A stretch of DNA of 64,000 bases from Macrostomum hystrix (GCA_950097015.1 CATNEN010000035.1:496001-560000); one strand, 5' to 3'. Shown: positions 26,501 through 38,339, numbered from the stretch's first letter. The notes: generated by a model from the sequence alone, not told the origin. A program made the numbers and translations.

Positions 26501-29500
26501 CATTCTGTCACTCCATCATTCTGTCACTCTATCATTCTGTCACTTTCTATCATTCTGTCGCTCTCTATCATTCTGTCACTCTATCATTCTGTCACTCTCT
26601 ATCATTTTGTCACTCTATCATTCTGTCACTCTCTATCATTCTGTCACTCTATCATTCTGTCACTCTCTATCATTCTGTCACTCTATCATTCTGTCACTTT
26701 CTATCATTCTGTCACTCTCTATCATTCTGTCACTCTCTATCATTCTGTCACTCTCCATCATTCTGTCACTCTATCATTCTGTCACTTTCTATCATTCTGT
26801 CACTCTCTATCATTCTGTCACTCTCTATCATTCTGTCACTCTCTATCATTCTGTCGCTCTCTATCATTCTGTCACTCTCTATCATTCTGTCGTCCCCCTC
26901 CTATCCCCGAGAGTATCTCTCTGCTTTCTTTCTGTCCAGTTTTCTGTCCCCAACTCTCAGGTGATTTTTCAGCGCCATAACTCACCAGGCTGGCCAAATG
27001 GCGGAAGTCTTTAGCCACGCGCAGGAGGCTGTCGAGTCCTTTGCAGCCAATCAGATTGCCCGACAGGTCGATGTAGGTCAGGTCGTCTTTGTGCTGATTG
27101 GTTAGAGTTTTAGATTGAGTGCTGCTCAGTCAAGAGTCAGGGACTCAGGGAGTCAGGGACTCAGGGAGTCAGGGATTCAGAGAGTCAAAGAGTCAGGGAG
27201 TCAGAGTGTCAGAGTGTCAGGGAGTCAGGGAGTCAGAGAGTCAGTGAGTCAGGGAGTCAGGGAGTCAGGGAGTCAGGGAGTCAGGGAGTCATATGTTAAT
27301 ACATACCTCAAGTGGAATACACATAGCAGCCACATCCCTTGGCCGCAGGCTCATGTTGGTGATGGTCAGGTGCTTGCTAGTCAGCTGGAATTTGAACTGG
27401 CTGAGCGCAGTCACCTGATAGGTGGCGCAGGCCCTGTCGTAAAGTTTCTCGAGACCGCGGGTCAGCCCCGCCCAGGACTCGCGAGATGGATCTAGAAAAA
27501 TTAGTTGTTTTGAGCCTGTCACTTTGGATTCTGTGGCATTCGATTATCGTTATGAGTCTCTTGACTATCGTAATGAGGCTCTCGACTATCGTTATGAGGC
27601 TATCGACTATCGTTATGAGGCTATCGACAATCGTTATGAGGCTATCGACTATCGTTATGAGGCTATCGACAATCGTTATGAGGCTCTCGACTATCGTTAT
27701 GAGGCTCTCGACTATCGTTATGAGGCTATCGACTATCGTTATGAGGCTATCGACTATCGTTATGAGGCTCTCGACTATCGTTATGAGGCTCTCGACTATC
27801 GTTATGAGGCTTTCGACTATCGTTATGAGGCTTTCAACCCTAAAGCAAACATGTATTCAGTTATGTAAGCCTATTCAAGGCTCTCAAATGAGCATATTCT
27901 CACCGCTCACATCCTCAAGATCCGTGTCAGATCCTGACGAGTCCAGATCCAGGCTGGCGAGCCGCTTAGCTCGACCTCGATGATCTCGCTGCTGCTGCTT
28001 CTGGCGTGCCGCGGCCTCGGACTGGGCTTCCTTCCACTGGGCCAACTCGCGCTGGTACAACTCGAATGCCTGCTCAGCAGGACCCTTGCCACTGAACGAC
28101 GACAATGAGAAGAACATGAATGGCTGGTAAAATTGATCTGCACGTGGCTGTGGTTGATTTTTATTAACTTCAAGTTCTGCAGCCCTTCTACCTTATGTTA
28201 GTTAGGCGCTCTGCTTAATCATAGCTTCAAATATGATTTTTTCAACTCGTTGGACAGACAAAAAGTACTACAATGTCTCTCAGTCCAGTCTCTGAGCAAA
28301 TAGTTTTATTAGAATATATAAAACATGCCAAACAGAGGGCACATTCTGTTTGCTTTGGAAGAGAAGCTGTCTCAGACTTTGTAAGCTATTCTCGCCCGAG
28401 TCTGTTTGGAAAATTGTGATCAGTGCAAGTATACCCGAGTACCTGAACTATGATATTTTACTGGGTACACAAATTAGAGAAAGGCCTAAGAATTCCTGTT
28501 TCAAAAAAGCCATTAAAAAGCATAACTGCAGCCATGACTTCTATTTTAAACTAGATTGTTCATAAACTCGATTGATCATGAGCTAGATTGATTATGAGAT
28601 AGATTGATCATGAGCTGAATTGATCATGACTTAGATTGATCATGACCTAGATTGATCATGACCTAGATTGATCATGACCTAGATTGATCATGAGCTAGAT
28701 TGATTGATCATGAGCTAGATTAATCATGAGCTAGATTGATTGATCATGAGCTAGATTGATTATGAACTAGATTGATCATGAGCTAGATTGATCATGAGCT
28801 AGATTGATCATGAGCTAGATTGATTGATCATGAGCTAGATTGATTGATCATGAGCTAGATTGATCATGAGCTTGATTGATCATGAGCTAGATTGATCATG
28901 AGCTAGATTGATTGATCATGAGCTAGATTGATTGATCATGAGCTAGATTGATTGATCATGAGCTAGATTGATTGTTTATGAGCTAGATTGATCATGAGCT
29001 AGATTGATCATGAGCTAGATTGATCATGAGCTAGATTGATTGATCATGAGCTAGATTGATTGTTTATGAGCTTGATTGATCATGAGCTAGATTGATCATG
29101 AGCTAGATTGATTGATCATGAGCTAGATTGATTGATCATGAGCTAGATTGATTGTTTATGAGCTAGATTGATCATGACCTAGATTGACCATGACCTAGAT
29201 TGATCATGAGCTAGATGGATTGATCATGAGCTAGATTGATCATGAGCTAGATTGATCATGAGCTAGATTGATCATGAGCTAGATTGATCATGAGCTAGAT
29301 TGATCATGAGCTAGATTGATCATGAGCTAGATTTATCATGAGCTAGATTGATCATGAGCTAGATTGATTGATCATGAGCTAGATTGATCATGACCTAGAT
29401 TGATCATGACTTAGATTGATCATGACCTAGATTGATCATGAGCTAGATTGATCATGAGCTGAATTGATCATGACTTAGATTGATCATGACCTAGATTGAT

Positions 29501-30119
29501 CATGAGCTAGATTGATTGATCATGAGCTAGATTGATTGATCATGAGCTAGATTGATTGATCATGAGCTAGATTGGTTGATCATGAGCTAGATTGATTGAT
29601 CATGAGCTAGATTGATCATCATGAGCTAGATTGATCATGAGCTAGATTGGTTGATCATGAGCTAGATTGATCATGAGCTAGATTGATCATGAGCTAGATT
29701 GATCATGAGCTAGATTGATTGATCATGAGCTAGATTGATTGATCATGAGCTAGATTAATCATGAGCTAGATTGTTTATGAACTAGATTGTTTATGAACTA
29801 GATTTTTGATGATTCTCAGAATTCCTCATGAATGTCACCTGCGGAACAGCCGCGTCGGTCCATCGTCTTCTTTGTCCTGCTGCTGTGCGGTGGCTGTCGG
29901 GGCAGCTGCGGGCGCTGCAGTCGGCGGTTCTTCAGTCGGGATCGCGCCCTCAGCAGCCTGAGCCGCAGCTGAGGACTGCCTGCTGGATCTGCGCCCCGAC
30001 TCAAGCGGCTCGTCAACTTCGCCCGCAGCTTTCGAACTGACTCCGTCGCTGCGTCGAGAAGTCGAGCCCGGACTCTGCGGCTGCAGGTATTCGGCCTCGT
30101 CTTCTGCTAGGGTCTCCAT
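23501..30119 (-). CDS. LRRC74: LRRC74-like leucine-rich-repeat protein with C-terminal EF-hand-like region, 10 exons, about 601 aa
   Basis: Exons (minus): 30119-29839, 28091-27904, 27491-27307, 27093-26986, 26399-26256, 26156-25989, 25243-25049, 24959-24864, 24074-23692, 23558-23501. All are GT-AG, phases match, and the total of 1806 nt is 602 codons. It has 28-residue RI-type LRRs (DLSNNSLGSEAARVL, NASSNTFGSHGGELI, DISYNGFSDDGAEAV), a DTDLE motif, and a degenerate EF-hand-like C-terminus. The subfamily name is from recalled resemblance, not a search. Confidence 0.8.
23580..23688. repeat. (TGTC)n microsatellite in the last LRR-gene intron
   Basis: Directly visible. Confidence 0.85.
24120..24830. 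repeat. 20-bp minisatellite (GATCCGCTCCTTCCCTTTG[G/A])
   Basis: About 35 units filling an LRR-gene intron. Confidence 0.9.
25570..25965. repeat. 31-bp minisatellite (TGCTCATGTTTCTCCCCTTCTCCCACCTAGC), preceded by degenerate C-rich repeats from about 25400
   Basis: About 12 near-identical units. Confidence 0.9.
26440..26895. repeat. 16/18-bp minisatellite (ATTCTGTCACTCT[CT]ATC)
   Basis: Directly visible, intronic. Confidence 0.9.
27130..27290. repeat. 8-bp repeat (GGGAGTCA)n
   Basis: Directly visible, intronic. Confidence 0.85.
27540..27832. repeat. 21-bp minisatellite (TATGAGGCT[A/C]TCGACTATCGT)
   Basis: About 13 units, intronic. Confidence 0.9.
28565..29805 (+). repeat. 16/20-bp palindrome-rich minisatellite (GAGCTAGATT[GATT]GATCAT)
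   Basis: Fills LRR intron 1. It is the reverse complement of the array at 36325-37820. Confidence 0.9.
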
Positions 30120-30974
30120 GGCAACAGAAAACTGCGCTGACGCCAATTATTAGGCAATGAAACAGACAATCGCCTTTCCGTCTATATGTTTGAATCGAAG
30201 GCAGAAGAAAGCATATGGCGAGCACAATGAGGGTGTACACAATACTTGAATGAGCATTTGCTCATTCTGCCACTCTGACAAGCCAAATTCTTATTCTTAA
30301 AGTCTTCTCTCCTGAGCAGCTTGGATACACAAACTGAGCAATGCCCCGCTGAAATTCGGAGTCGAGAACAGAAGAGAAAAAGAAAAAAATTGTTTCTGTA
30401 ACCGAGGCTAAGCGATGAACACCTTGTTTGGAGAATTGAGAAAGATGGGGCCTGTGTCTGTTCAATTTCGTCTATTTTTGTTTTTACCTTGTCAAAGCAC
30501 GTTCCGAAACAAAAAAATACTGCTTGCCTTGGATCTGTCTGGGTGTTTAACGTCGCTGGGCTCAGTGATTTTGCAGCATTTTATTCTGACATGTTCATTC
30601 TTCCCAGCTAAAGGAAACGGCAAGCTCATCGGAGCTGCATAGGCTTTGGGGAATTGAAAGTGCTCTGCAACAATTTCAACATTTTCTTCTTCTCTTTCTT
30701 TGTCCACACAAAGTAGACCTATAGCGCGCAGGCGAGGCAAGGGAGTTGGCTGCCTTGAATGCCGACGTGTGGAACTGAGGTTTAACTCTTTTGTTGCATT
30801 GTAATGCCGTTGGGGAAAAGTATAATTTTCCTATTGTGAATAATTCCATCTGTAGCAATAGAACATTTTTTCCTAGCCAGGTAAAAAGCTGCAGTTGACT
30901 TCCGGATTTTAGTGCCAGACTTAAAAAAAGAGTTCGTGTCGGGATTTCAATTTTATTTCCGCGCATCAGGATTC

Positions 30975-33880
30975 AGCGAGTTGGGATTTCAGCTACTTGG
31001 GATTTCAGTGAGTTGGGATTTAGGTGAGTTGGGATATTAGTGAGTTGGGATATTAGCGAGTTGAAATATTAGTGAGTTGGGATTTCAGCTACTTGGGATT
31101 TCAGTGAGTTGGGATATTAGCGAGTTGGGATATTAGCGAGTTGGGATATTAGCGAGTTGGGATATTAGCGAGTTGGGATATTAGCGAGTTGGGATATTAG
31201 CGAGTTGGGATATTAGCGAGCTGGGATATTAGCGAGTTGGGATATTAGCGAGTTGGGATATTAGCGAGTTGGGATATTAGCGAGTTGGGATATTAGCGAG
31301 TTGGGATATTAGCGAGTTGGGATATTAGCGAGCTGGGATATTAGTGAGTTGGGATATTAGCGAGTTGGGATATTAGCGAGTTGGGATATTAGCGAGCTGG
31401 GATATTAGTGAGTTGGGATATTAGCGAGTTGGGATATTAGCGAGTTGGGATATTAGCGAGTTGGGATATTAGCGAGTTGGGATATTAGCGAGTTGGGATA
31501 TTAGCGAGTTGGGATATTAGCGAGTTGGGATATTAGCGAGTTGGGATATTAGCGAGTTGGGATATTAGCGAGTTGGGATATTAGCGAGCTGGGATATTAG
31601 TGAGTTGGGATATTAGCGAGTTGGGATTTCAGCTACTTGGGATTTCAGTGAGTTGGGATATTAGCGAGTTGGGATATTAGCGAGTTGAAATATTAGTGAG
31701 TTGGGATTTCAGCTACTTGGGATTTCAGTGAGTTGGGATATTAGCGAGCTGGGATATTAGCGAGTTGGGATATTAGCGAGTTGGGATATTAGCGAGTTGG
31801 GATATTAGCGAGTTGGGATATTAGCGAGCTGGGATATTAGCGAGTTGGGATATTAGCGAGTTGGGATATTAGCGAGTTGGGATATTAGCGAGTTGGGATA
31901 TTAGCGAGTTGGGATATTAGTGAGTTGGGATATTAGCGAGTTGGGATATTAGCGAGTTGGGATTTCAGCTACTTGGGATTTCAGTGAGTTGGGATATTAG
32001 CGAGCTGGGATATTAGCGAGCTGGGATATTAGCGAGTTGGGATTTCAGCTACTTGGGATTTCAGTGAGTTGGGATATTAGCGAGTTGGGATATTAGCGAG
32101 TTGGGATATTAGCGAGTTGGGATATTAGCGAGTTGGGATATTAGCGAGCTGGGATATTAGTGAGTTGGGATATTAGCGAGTTGGGATATTAGCGAGCTGG
32201 GATATTAGTGAGTTGGGATATTAGCGAGTTGGGATATTAGCGAGTTGGGATTTCAGCTACTTGGGATTTCAGTGAGTTGGGATATTAGCGAGTTGGGATA
32301 TTAGCGAGTTGAAATATTAGTGAGTTGGGATTTCAGCTACTTGGGATTTCAGTGAGTTGGGATATTAGCGAGCTGGGATATTAGCGAGCTGGGATATTAG
32401 CGAGTTGGGATATTAGCGAGTTGGGATATTAGCGAGTTGGGATATTAGCGAGTTGGGATATTAGCGAGCTGGGATATTAGTGAGTTGGGATATTAGCGAG
32501 TTGGGATATTAGCGAGCTGGGATATTAGTGAGTTGGGATATTAGCGAGTTGGGATATTAGTGAGTTGGGATATTCGCTTGTCGGGATATTAGCGAGTTGG
32601 GATATTCGCTTGTCGGGATATTAGCGAGTTGGGATATTAGCGAGTTGGGATAATAATAATAATAATAATAATTGCAGGAGGGCTGCGGACAATGGCACAT
32701 CATTTAGTGACACTAGACCCGCAGCCAGCGAGGAGGCAATTCTGCCCATTTCGCTGACTCCTGAGCACACACGCACACATACTGTACGCAGGCACACGCT
32801 CACACAGGTGTGTACATCTGCCCTGACTTTCTCATCGTCAGGCAGTGTACATTTCACTGTGCCTTGGAGGTTGGCCCTCAAGGGCGTCAATTGCACGACA
32901 AGCCCCCAAAGCCTTCTCTCCGCGGCTGCGCCCCAAATAAATGTGGCCTCGCCGTGGAATCGAACTTAGGGACCGTGGTGCGAGAGGCAAACGCATTAAC
33001 CGCTCTGCCACCGACCCAGCGAGTTGGGATATTAGAGAGTTGGGATATTAGAGAGTTGGGATATTAGAGAGTTGGGATATTAGAGAGTTGGGATATTAGC
33101 GAGTTGGGATATTAGAGAGTTGGGATATTAGAGAGTTGGGATATTCGCTTGTCGGGATATTAGCTTGTCGGGATATTAGCGAGTTGGGATATTAGCGAGT
33201 TGGGATATTAGAGAGTTGGGATATTAGAGAGTTGGGATATTAGCGAGTTGGGATATTAGCTTGTCGGGATATTAGCGAGTTGGGATATTAGAGAGTTGGG
33301 ATATTAGCGAGTTGGGATATTAGCGAGTTGGGATATTAGCGAGTTGGGATATTAGAGAGTTGGGATATTAGCGAGTTGGGATATTAGAGAGTTGGGATAT
33401 TAGTGAGTTGGGATATTAGCGAGTTGGGATATTAGCGAGTTGGGATATTAGAGAGTTGGGATATTAGCGAGTTGGGATATTCGCTTGTCGGGATATTCGC
33501 TTGTCGGGATATTAGCGAGTTGGGATATTAGCGAGTTGGGATATTAGCGAGTTGGGATATTAGCGAGTTGGGATATTAGCGAGTTGGGATATTAGCGAGT
33601 TGGGATATTAGCGAGTTGGGATATTAGCGAGTTGGGATATTAGCGAGTTGGGATATTAGCGAGTTGGGATATTAGAGAGTTGGGATATTAGCGAGTTGGG
33701 ATATTAGAGAGTTGGGATATTAGCGAGTTGGGATATTAGCGAGTTGGGATATTAGAGAGTTGGGATATTAGCGAGTTGGGATATTCGCTTGTCGGGATAT
33801 TAGCGAGTTGGGATATTAGCGAGTTGGGATATTAGCGAGTTGGGATATTAGCGAGTTGGGATATTAGCGAGTTAGGATTT
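30975..33880. repeat. 16-bp minisatellite (GGGATATTAGCGAGTT), interrupted by the SINE at 32651-33017
   Basis: About 155 units, with a 624-bp higher-order period in the left part. Confidence 0.95.
32651..33017 (-). mobile_element. tRNA-derived SINE, copy 1, inserted in a 16-bp minisatellite
   Basis: The minus-strand head GGGTCGGTGGCAGAGCGGTTAATGCG...GTTCGATTCC carries Pol III A and B boxes. It has an (ATT)n tail, is flanked by AGCGAGTTGGGA on both sides, and has a closely similar copy at 57279-57636. Confidence 0.85.
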
Positions 33881-34391
33881 CAATTTTTTGGATTTCTGAT
33901 TGTTGGGATTTCAGCTTTGTGGGGTATAGTTTGTTGTGACTTTGAATTGTTGGGATGTTTTTAAATTTGGATTTATATGATTTGGGATTTTTACGAATTC
34001 GGATTTAGGCAAAGTTTGATTTACCTTTTTTAGGATAAAAATAGTTTTGGTTTCAGCAAGTTGGGATTTCCGATTTCAGAATTGGTTTTAGATCCAATTC
34101 AAACCATTATTAAACTACTATTAGTACTAGGAAAGCAAGTGTCGATAAGAAAATTCTGACTTTCATTTTACTGTAGCAAGCGCGCATTTATTTATCTGAC
34201 TACCAGTTTATGGGTTATGCTATGCGTTTGAGATCATTTATGTTTTATTTTCAGATATGCAATTTAACGAAAAAGGCTAAAGCTTGTGCTAAAAATAGCT
34301 TTGACAATAAGCAGCTGAGAATATAGCAAAATCACAAACGGAATCCTTTCTCCTCTAAACTTCTTTAGGTAGCTAAAATAATCAACTATTA

Positions 34392-35342
34392 ACTGTCCAT
34401 CTGCTGTCACTCCATCAACTGTCACTCCATCAGCTGTCACCCCATCAGCTGCCACCCCATCAGCTGTCACTCCATTAACAGTCACTCCATTAACTGTCAC
34501 TACATTAATTGTCACTCCATCAACTGTCACTCCATCAACTGAGACTCCATCAGCTGTCACTCCATCAGCTGTCACCCCATCAGCCGTCACTCCATCAACT
34601 GTCACTCCATCAACTGTCACTCCATCAACTGTCACTCCATCAACAGTCACTCCATCAACTGTCACTCCATTAACTGTCACTCCATCAACTGTCACTCCAT
34701 CAACTGTCACCCCATCAGCTGTCACTCCATCAGCCGTCACTCCATCAACTGTCACTCCATCAACAGTCACTCCATCAGCTGTCACTCCATCAACTGTCAC
34801 TCCATCAACTGTCACTCCATCAACTGTCACCCCATCAGCTGTCACTCCATCAGCCGTCACTCCATCAACTGTCACTCCATCAACTGTCACTCCATCAACT
34901 GTCACTCCATCAACAGTCACTCCATCAGCTGTCACCCCATCAGGTGTCACTCCATCAACTGTCACTCCATCAACTGTCACTCCATCAACTGTCACTCCAT
35001 TAACTGTCACTACATTAATTGTCACTACATTAATTGTCACTCCATCAACTGTCACTCCATCAACTGAGACTCCATCAGCTGTCACTCCATCAACTGTCAC
35101 TCCATCAACTGTCACTCCATCAACTGTCACTCCATCAACTGTCACTCCATCAACTGTCACTCCATCAACTGTCACTCCATCAACTGTCACTCCATTAACT
35201 GTCACTTCATCAACAGTCACTCCATCAACTGTCACTCCATCAACAGTCACTCCATCAACTGTCACTCCATCAACTGTCACTCCATCAACTGTCACTCCAT
35301 CAACTGTCACTTCATCAACGGTCAGTCCATCAGCTGTCACTC
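34392..35342. repeat. 15-bp minisatellite (GTCACTCCATCAACT) starting at the stop codon of the ETX/MTX2 gene
   Basis: About 63 units. The first unit overlaps GAG TGA. Confidence 0.9.
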
Positions 35343-36226
35343 CGTCGGCAGGATGTTGACAGTCTGGGAGATGCCGAAGCGGGACTGGCAGTAGCCTGAG
35401 GCAATGTAGGCCACTTTGCTGACGGAGCCGCAGGCGGGTGTTCCAGTCTCTTTCGGATGCAGAAAGCCTAGCTCCTCCGTGAACACCTTGCGAATGTTGG
35501 GCACCACAATGGCCACCAGGTAGCGATCATCTTTTGAGTACAGGCGCACCTTGATGCGTCCCGACAGGTGGGTGATGGCCGTGAACCTGGCCTTGAACTC
35601 CTTCTCCTCGATGATGATCTCGGCGGTGACTCGGGAGGGCTTCTTGGCGTCGCTGGCTCCCGGAACGCGGACCTCCGTGTTGACGGACCAGTTGATCTCA
35701 GTCTCCACTGTCTTCTCGGCTTCCTGCTCCAAATTGAACTCGGAGCTGAAGCCCACGTTGAACTCCAGGATGTCCTTGGGCAAGGCGAGCTTCAAGCCCA
35801 GCTGACGGCCCAGAGTCAGGGCTCGCGACACACGGAAGCTGCAGGAGGCCCTCGTGGTTCTGGTCGTATTGATGGTGTTGACAACTTCATGCGGGCAGGC
35901 GTTGGTGTACACCGTCCTGAACACGCACGAGTGGCTGGTGGCAGGCTTCAATGGTTGAGCTTTGGTCACCAGAGGCACTTCGTCTGACTGCAGCTCGGCG
36001 TTGGCTTGCTCCATTGAGCCGTCAGCGGCCTTCGCCTCCTCGGTGGCATAGTTTGGCACAGAGGTGTGAAGCAGGAGCTCGCGCGTGTCAATCACTGCCC
36101 GCAGAGTGTCCCACGGAAGCTGACAGTGCATCGACTTCTCCAGCTCCTTCCGTTCCAATCGGTCATAGATGGCCTTGGCGTAGTCCAGGATGACATCGTC
36201 TAGATTCAAGATGCCTTCTTTGCGTT

Positions 36227-36257
<31 letters not shown>

Positions 36258-36263
36258 GCTCAT
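35337..36263 (-). CDS. ETX/MTX2 (aerolysin-like) beta-pore-forming toxin family protein, intronless CDS, 308 aa
   Basis: VFRTVYTN...INTTRTTRASCSFRV..LTLG..LGLKLALP..ILEFNVGFSSEFNL...KTVETEINWSVNTEVRVP...RVTAEIIIEEKEFKARF matches the Ser/Thr-rich beta-strand pattern, alternating hairpin and W-x-V-x(3)-V-x-VP motif of this family (as in LIN-24/glabralysin-like animal members). It has an N-terminal poly-Q and no signal peptide. Confidence 0.75.
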
Positions 36264-36324
36264 TGCTGAAGTCTGAACTGAAAATCAGAGTTTACATTAA
36301 ATTATCTTCCCATCATGAAGCTTG

Positions 36325-37820
36325 TTATCAATCTAGCTCATGATCAATCAATCTAGCTCATGATCAATCAATCTAGCTCATGATCAATCAATCAAGCTCA
36401 TGATCAATCAATCTAGCTCATGAACAATCAATCTAGCTCATGAACAATCAATCTAGCTCATGAACAATCCATCTAGCTCATGATCAATCAATCTAGCTCA
36501 TGATCAATCAATCTAGCTCATGAACAATCAATCTAGCTCATGATCAATCAATATAGCTCATGATCAATCAATCTAGCTCATGATCAATCAATCTAGCTCA
36601 TGAACAATCAATATAGCTCATGATCAATCAATCTAGCTCATGATCAATCAATCTAGCTCATGATCAATCAATCTAGCTCATGAACAATTAATATAGCTCA
36701 CGATCAATCAATCTAGCTCATGATCAATCAATCTAGCTCATGATCAATCTATCTAGCTCATGATCAATCAATCTAGCTCATGATCAATCAATCTAGCTCA
36801 TGATCAATCAATCTAGCTCATGAACAATCAATCTAGCTCATGAACAATCAATCTAGCTCATGATCAATCAATCTAGCTCATGATGAATCAATCTAGCTCA
36901 TGATCAATCAATCTAGCTCATGAACAATCTAGCTCATGAACAATCTAGCTCATGATCAATCAATATAGCTCATGATCAATCAATCTAGCTCATGATCAAT
37001 CAATCTAGCTCATGAACAATCAATCTAGCTCATGATCAATCAATATAGCTCATGATCAATCAATCTAGCTCATGATCAATCAATCTAGCTCATGAACAAT
37101 CAATATAGCTCATGATCAATCAATCTAGCTCATGATCAATCAATCTAGCTCATGATCAATCAATCTAGCTCATGAACAATTAATATAGCTCACGATCAAT
37201 CAATCTAGCTCATGATCAATCAATCTAGCTCATGATCAATCTATCTAGCTCATGATCAATCAATCTAGCTCATGATCAATCAATCTAGCTCATGAACAAT
37301 CAATCTAGCTCATGAACAATCAATCTAGCTCATGAACAATCAATCTAGCTCAAGATCAATCTATCTAGCTCATGATCAATCAATCTAGCTCATGATCAAT
37401 CAATCTAGCTCATGATCAATCAATCTAGCTCATGATCAATCAATCTAGCTCATGATCAATCAATCTAGCTCATGATCAATCAATCTAGCTCATGATCAAT
37501 CAATCTAGCTCATGATCAATCAATCTAGCTCATGAAAAATCAATCTAGCTCATGAACAATCAATCTAGCTCATGATCAATCAATCTAGCTCATGATCAAT
37601 CAATCTAGCTCATGATCAATCAATCTAGCTCATGATCAATCAATCTAGCTCATGATCAATCAATCTAGCTCATGATCAATCAATCTAGCTCATGATCAAT
37701 CAATCTAGCTCATGATCAATCAATCTAGCTCATGATCAATCAATCTAGCTCATGATCAATCAATCTAGCTCATGAACAATCAATCTAGCTAATGAACAAT
37801 CAATCTAGCTCATGAACAAT
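36325..37820 (-). repeat. 20-bp minisatellite (ATCTAGCTCATGATCAATCA), inverted relative of 28565-29805
   Basis: About 75 units directly upstream of the toxin gene. Confidence 0.9.
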
Positions 37821-38339
37821 ATTGCTCAGAATTCCACTCTGAGCTAGTTTTAAGTCTACTGTGCGTAATAAAATGTCTTACTCCCAAGGATCTAGGAATC
37901 TCCTATATTATTTTTGAATTTCCCCTAATGTACATCGACACTGAAATTTAAGGATGGGGACTCAAACTGCAGCTCTCTCATCGTGATGCTCGCACACCAC
38001 AGATCCCTCATATTGACACAGATTTTGCATCCGGGAGAGGACTTTAAAATCTCCCTCCACAGGCCATGGCCATAATCCTAGAAAATCCCAATCAGAAAAG
38101 CTCATTTGCTGAGCAAGGCAGCCCTCAGCTTTTATCGATCGAAACTCCCCCCTTCCTTCATTTCATTTTCTCCTGCTCTGTACAGAAAATTCGTTTCCGC
38201 TTCTCTTAACTCCTGACTCCACCTTCAACTCTTCAGTTCTCACCTCTGCTACCTGCAAGACTGCTGCCTGCTTAGCTTCGGACTTCTGAATGACGGGCCG
38301 CCTACTGTACATCGAAGCATCTCTGCTTGATGTCTGCTT

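Noticed and set aside
32940-33008. tRNA gene at the SINE heads (also near 57560-57636)
   Set aside because: A/B boxes are present but no complete cloverleaf could be drawn, and the head continues into a shared body and (ATT)n tail. It is a SINE.
34264-35340. 358-aa (VTVDG)n ORF resembling an ice-binding or beta-helix protein
   Set aside because: It starts at GTG within the toxin stop region and is the open frame of a 15-bp array. It is kept only as part of the stop-codon finding.
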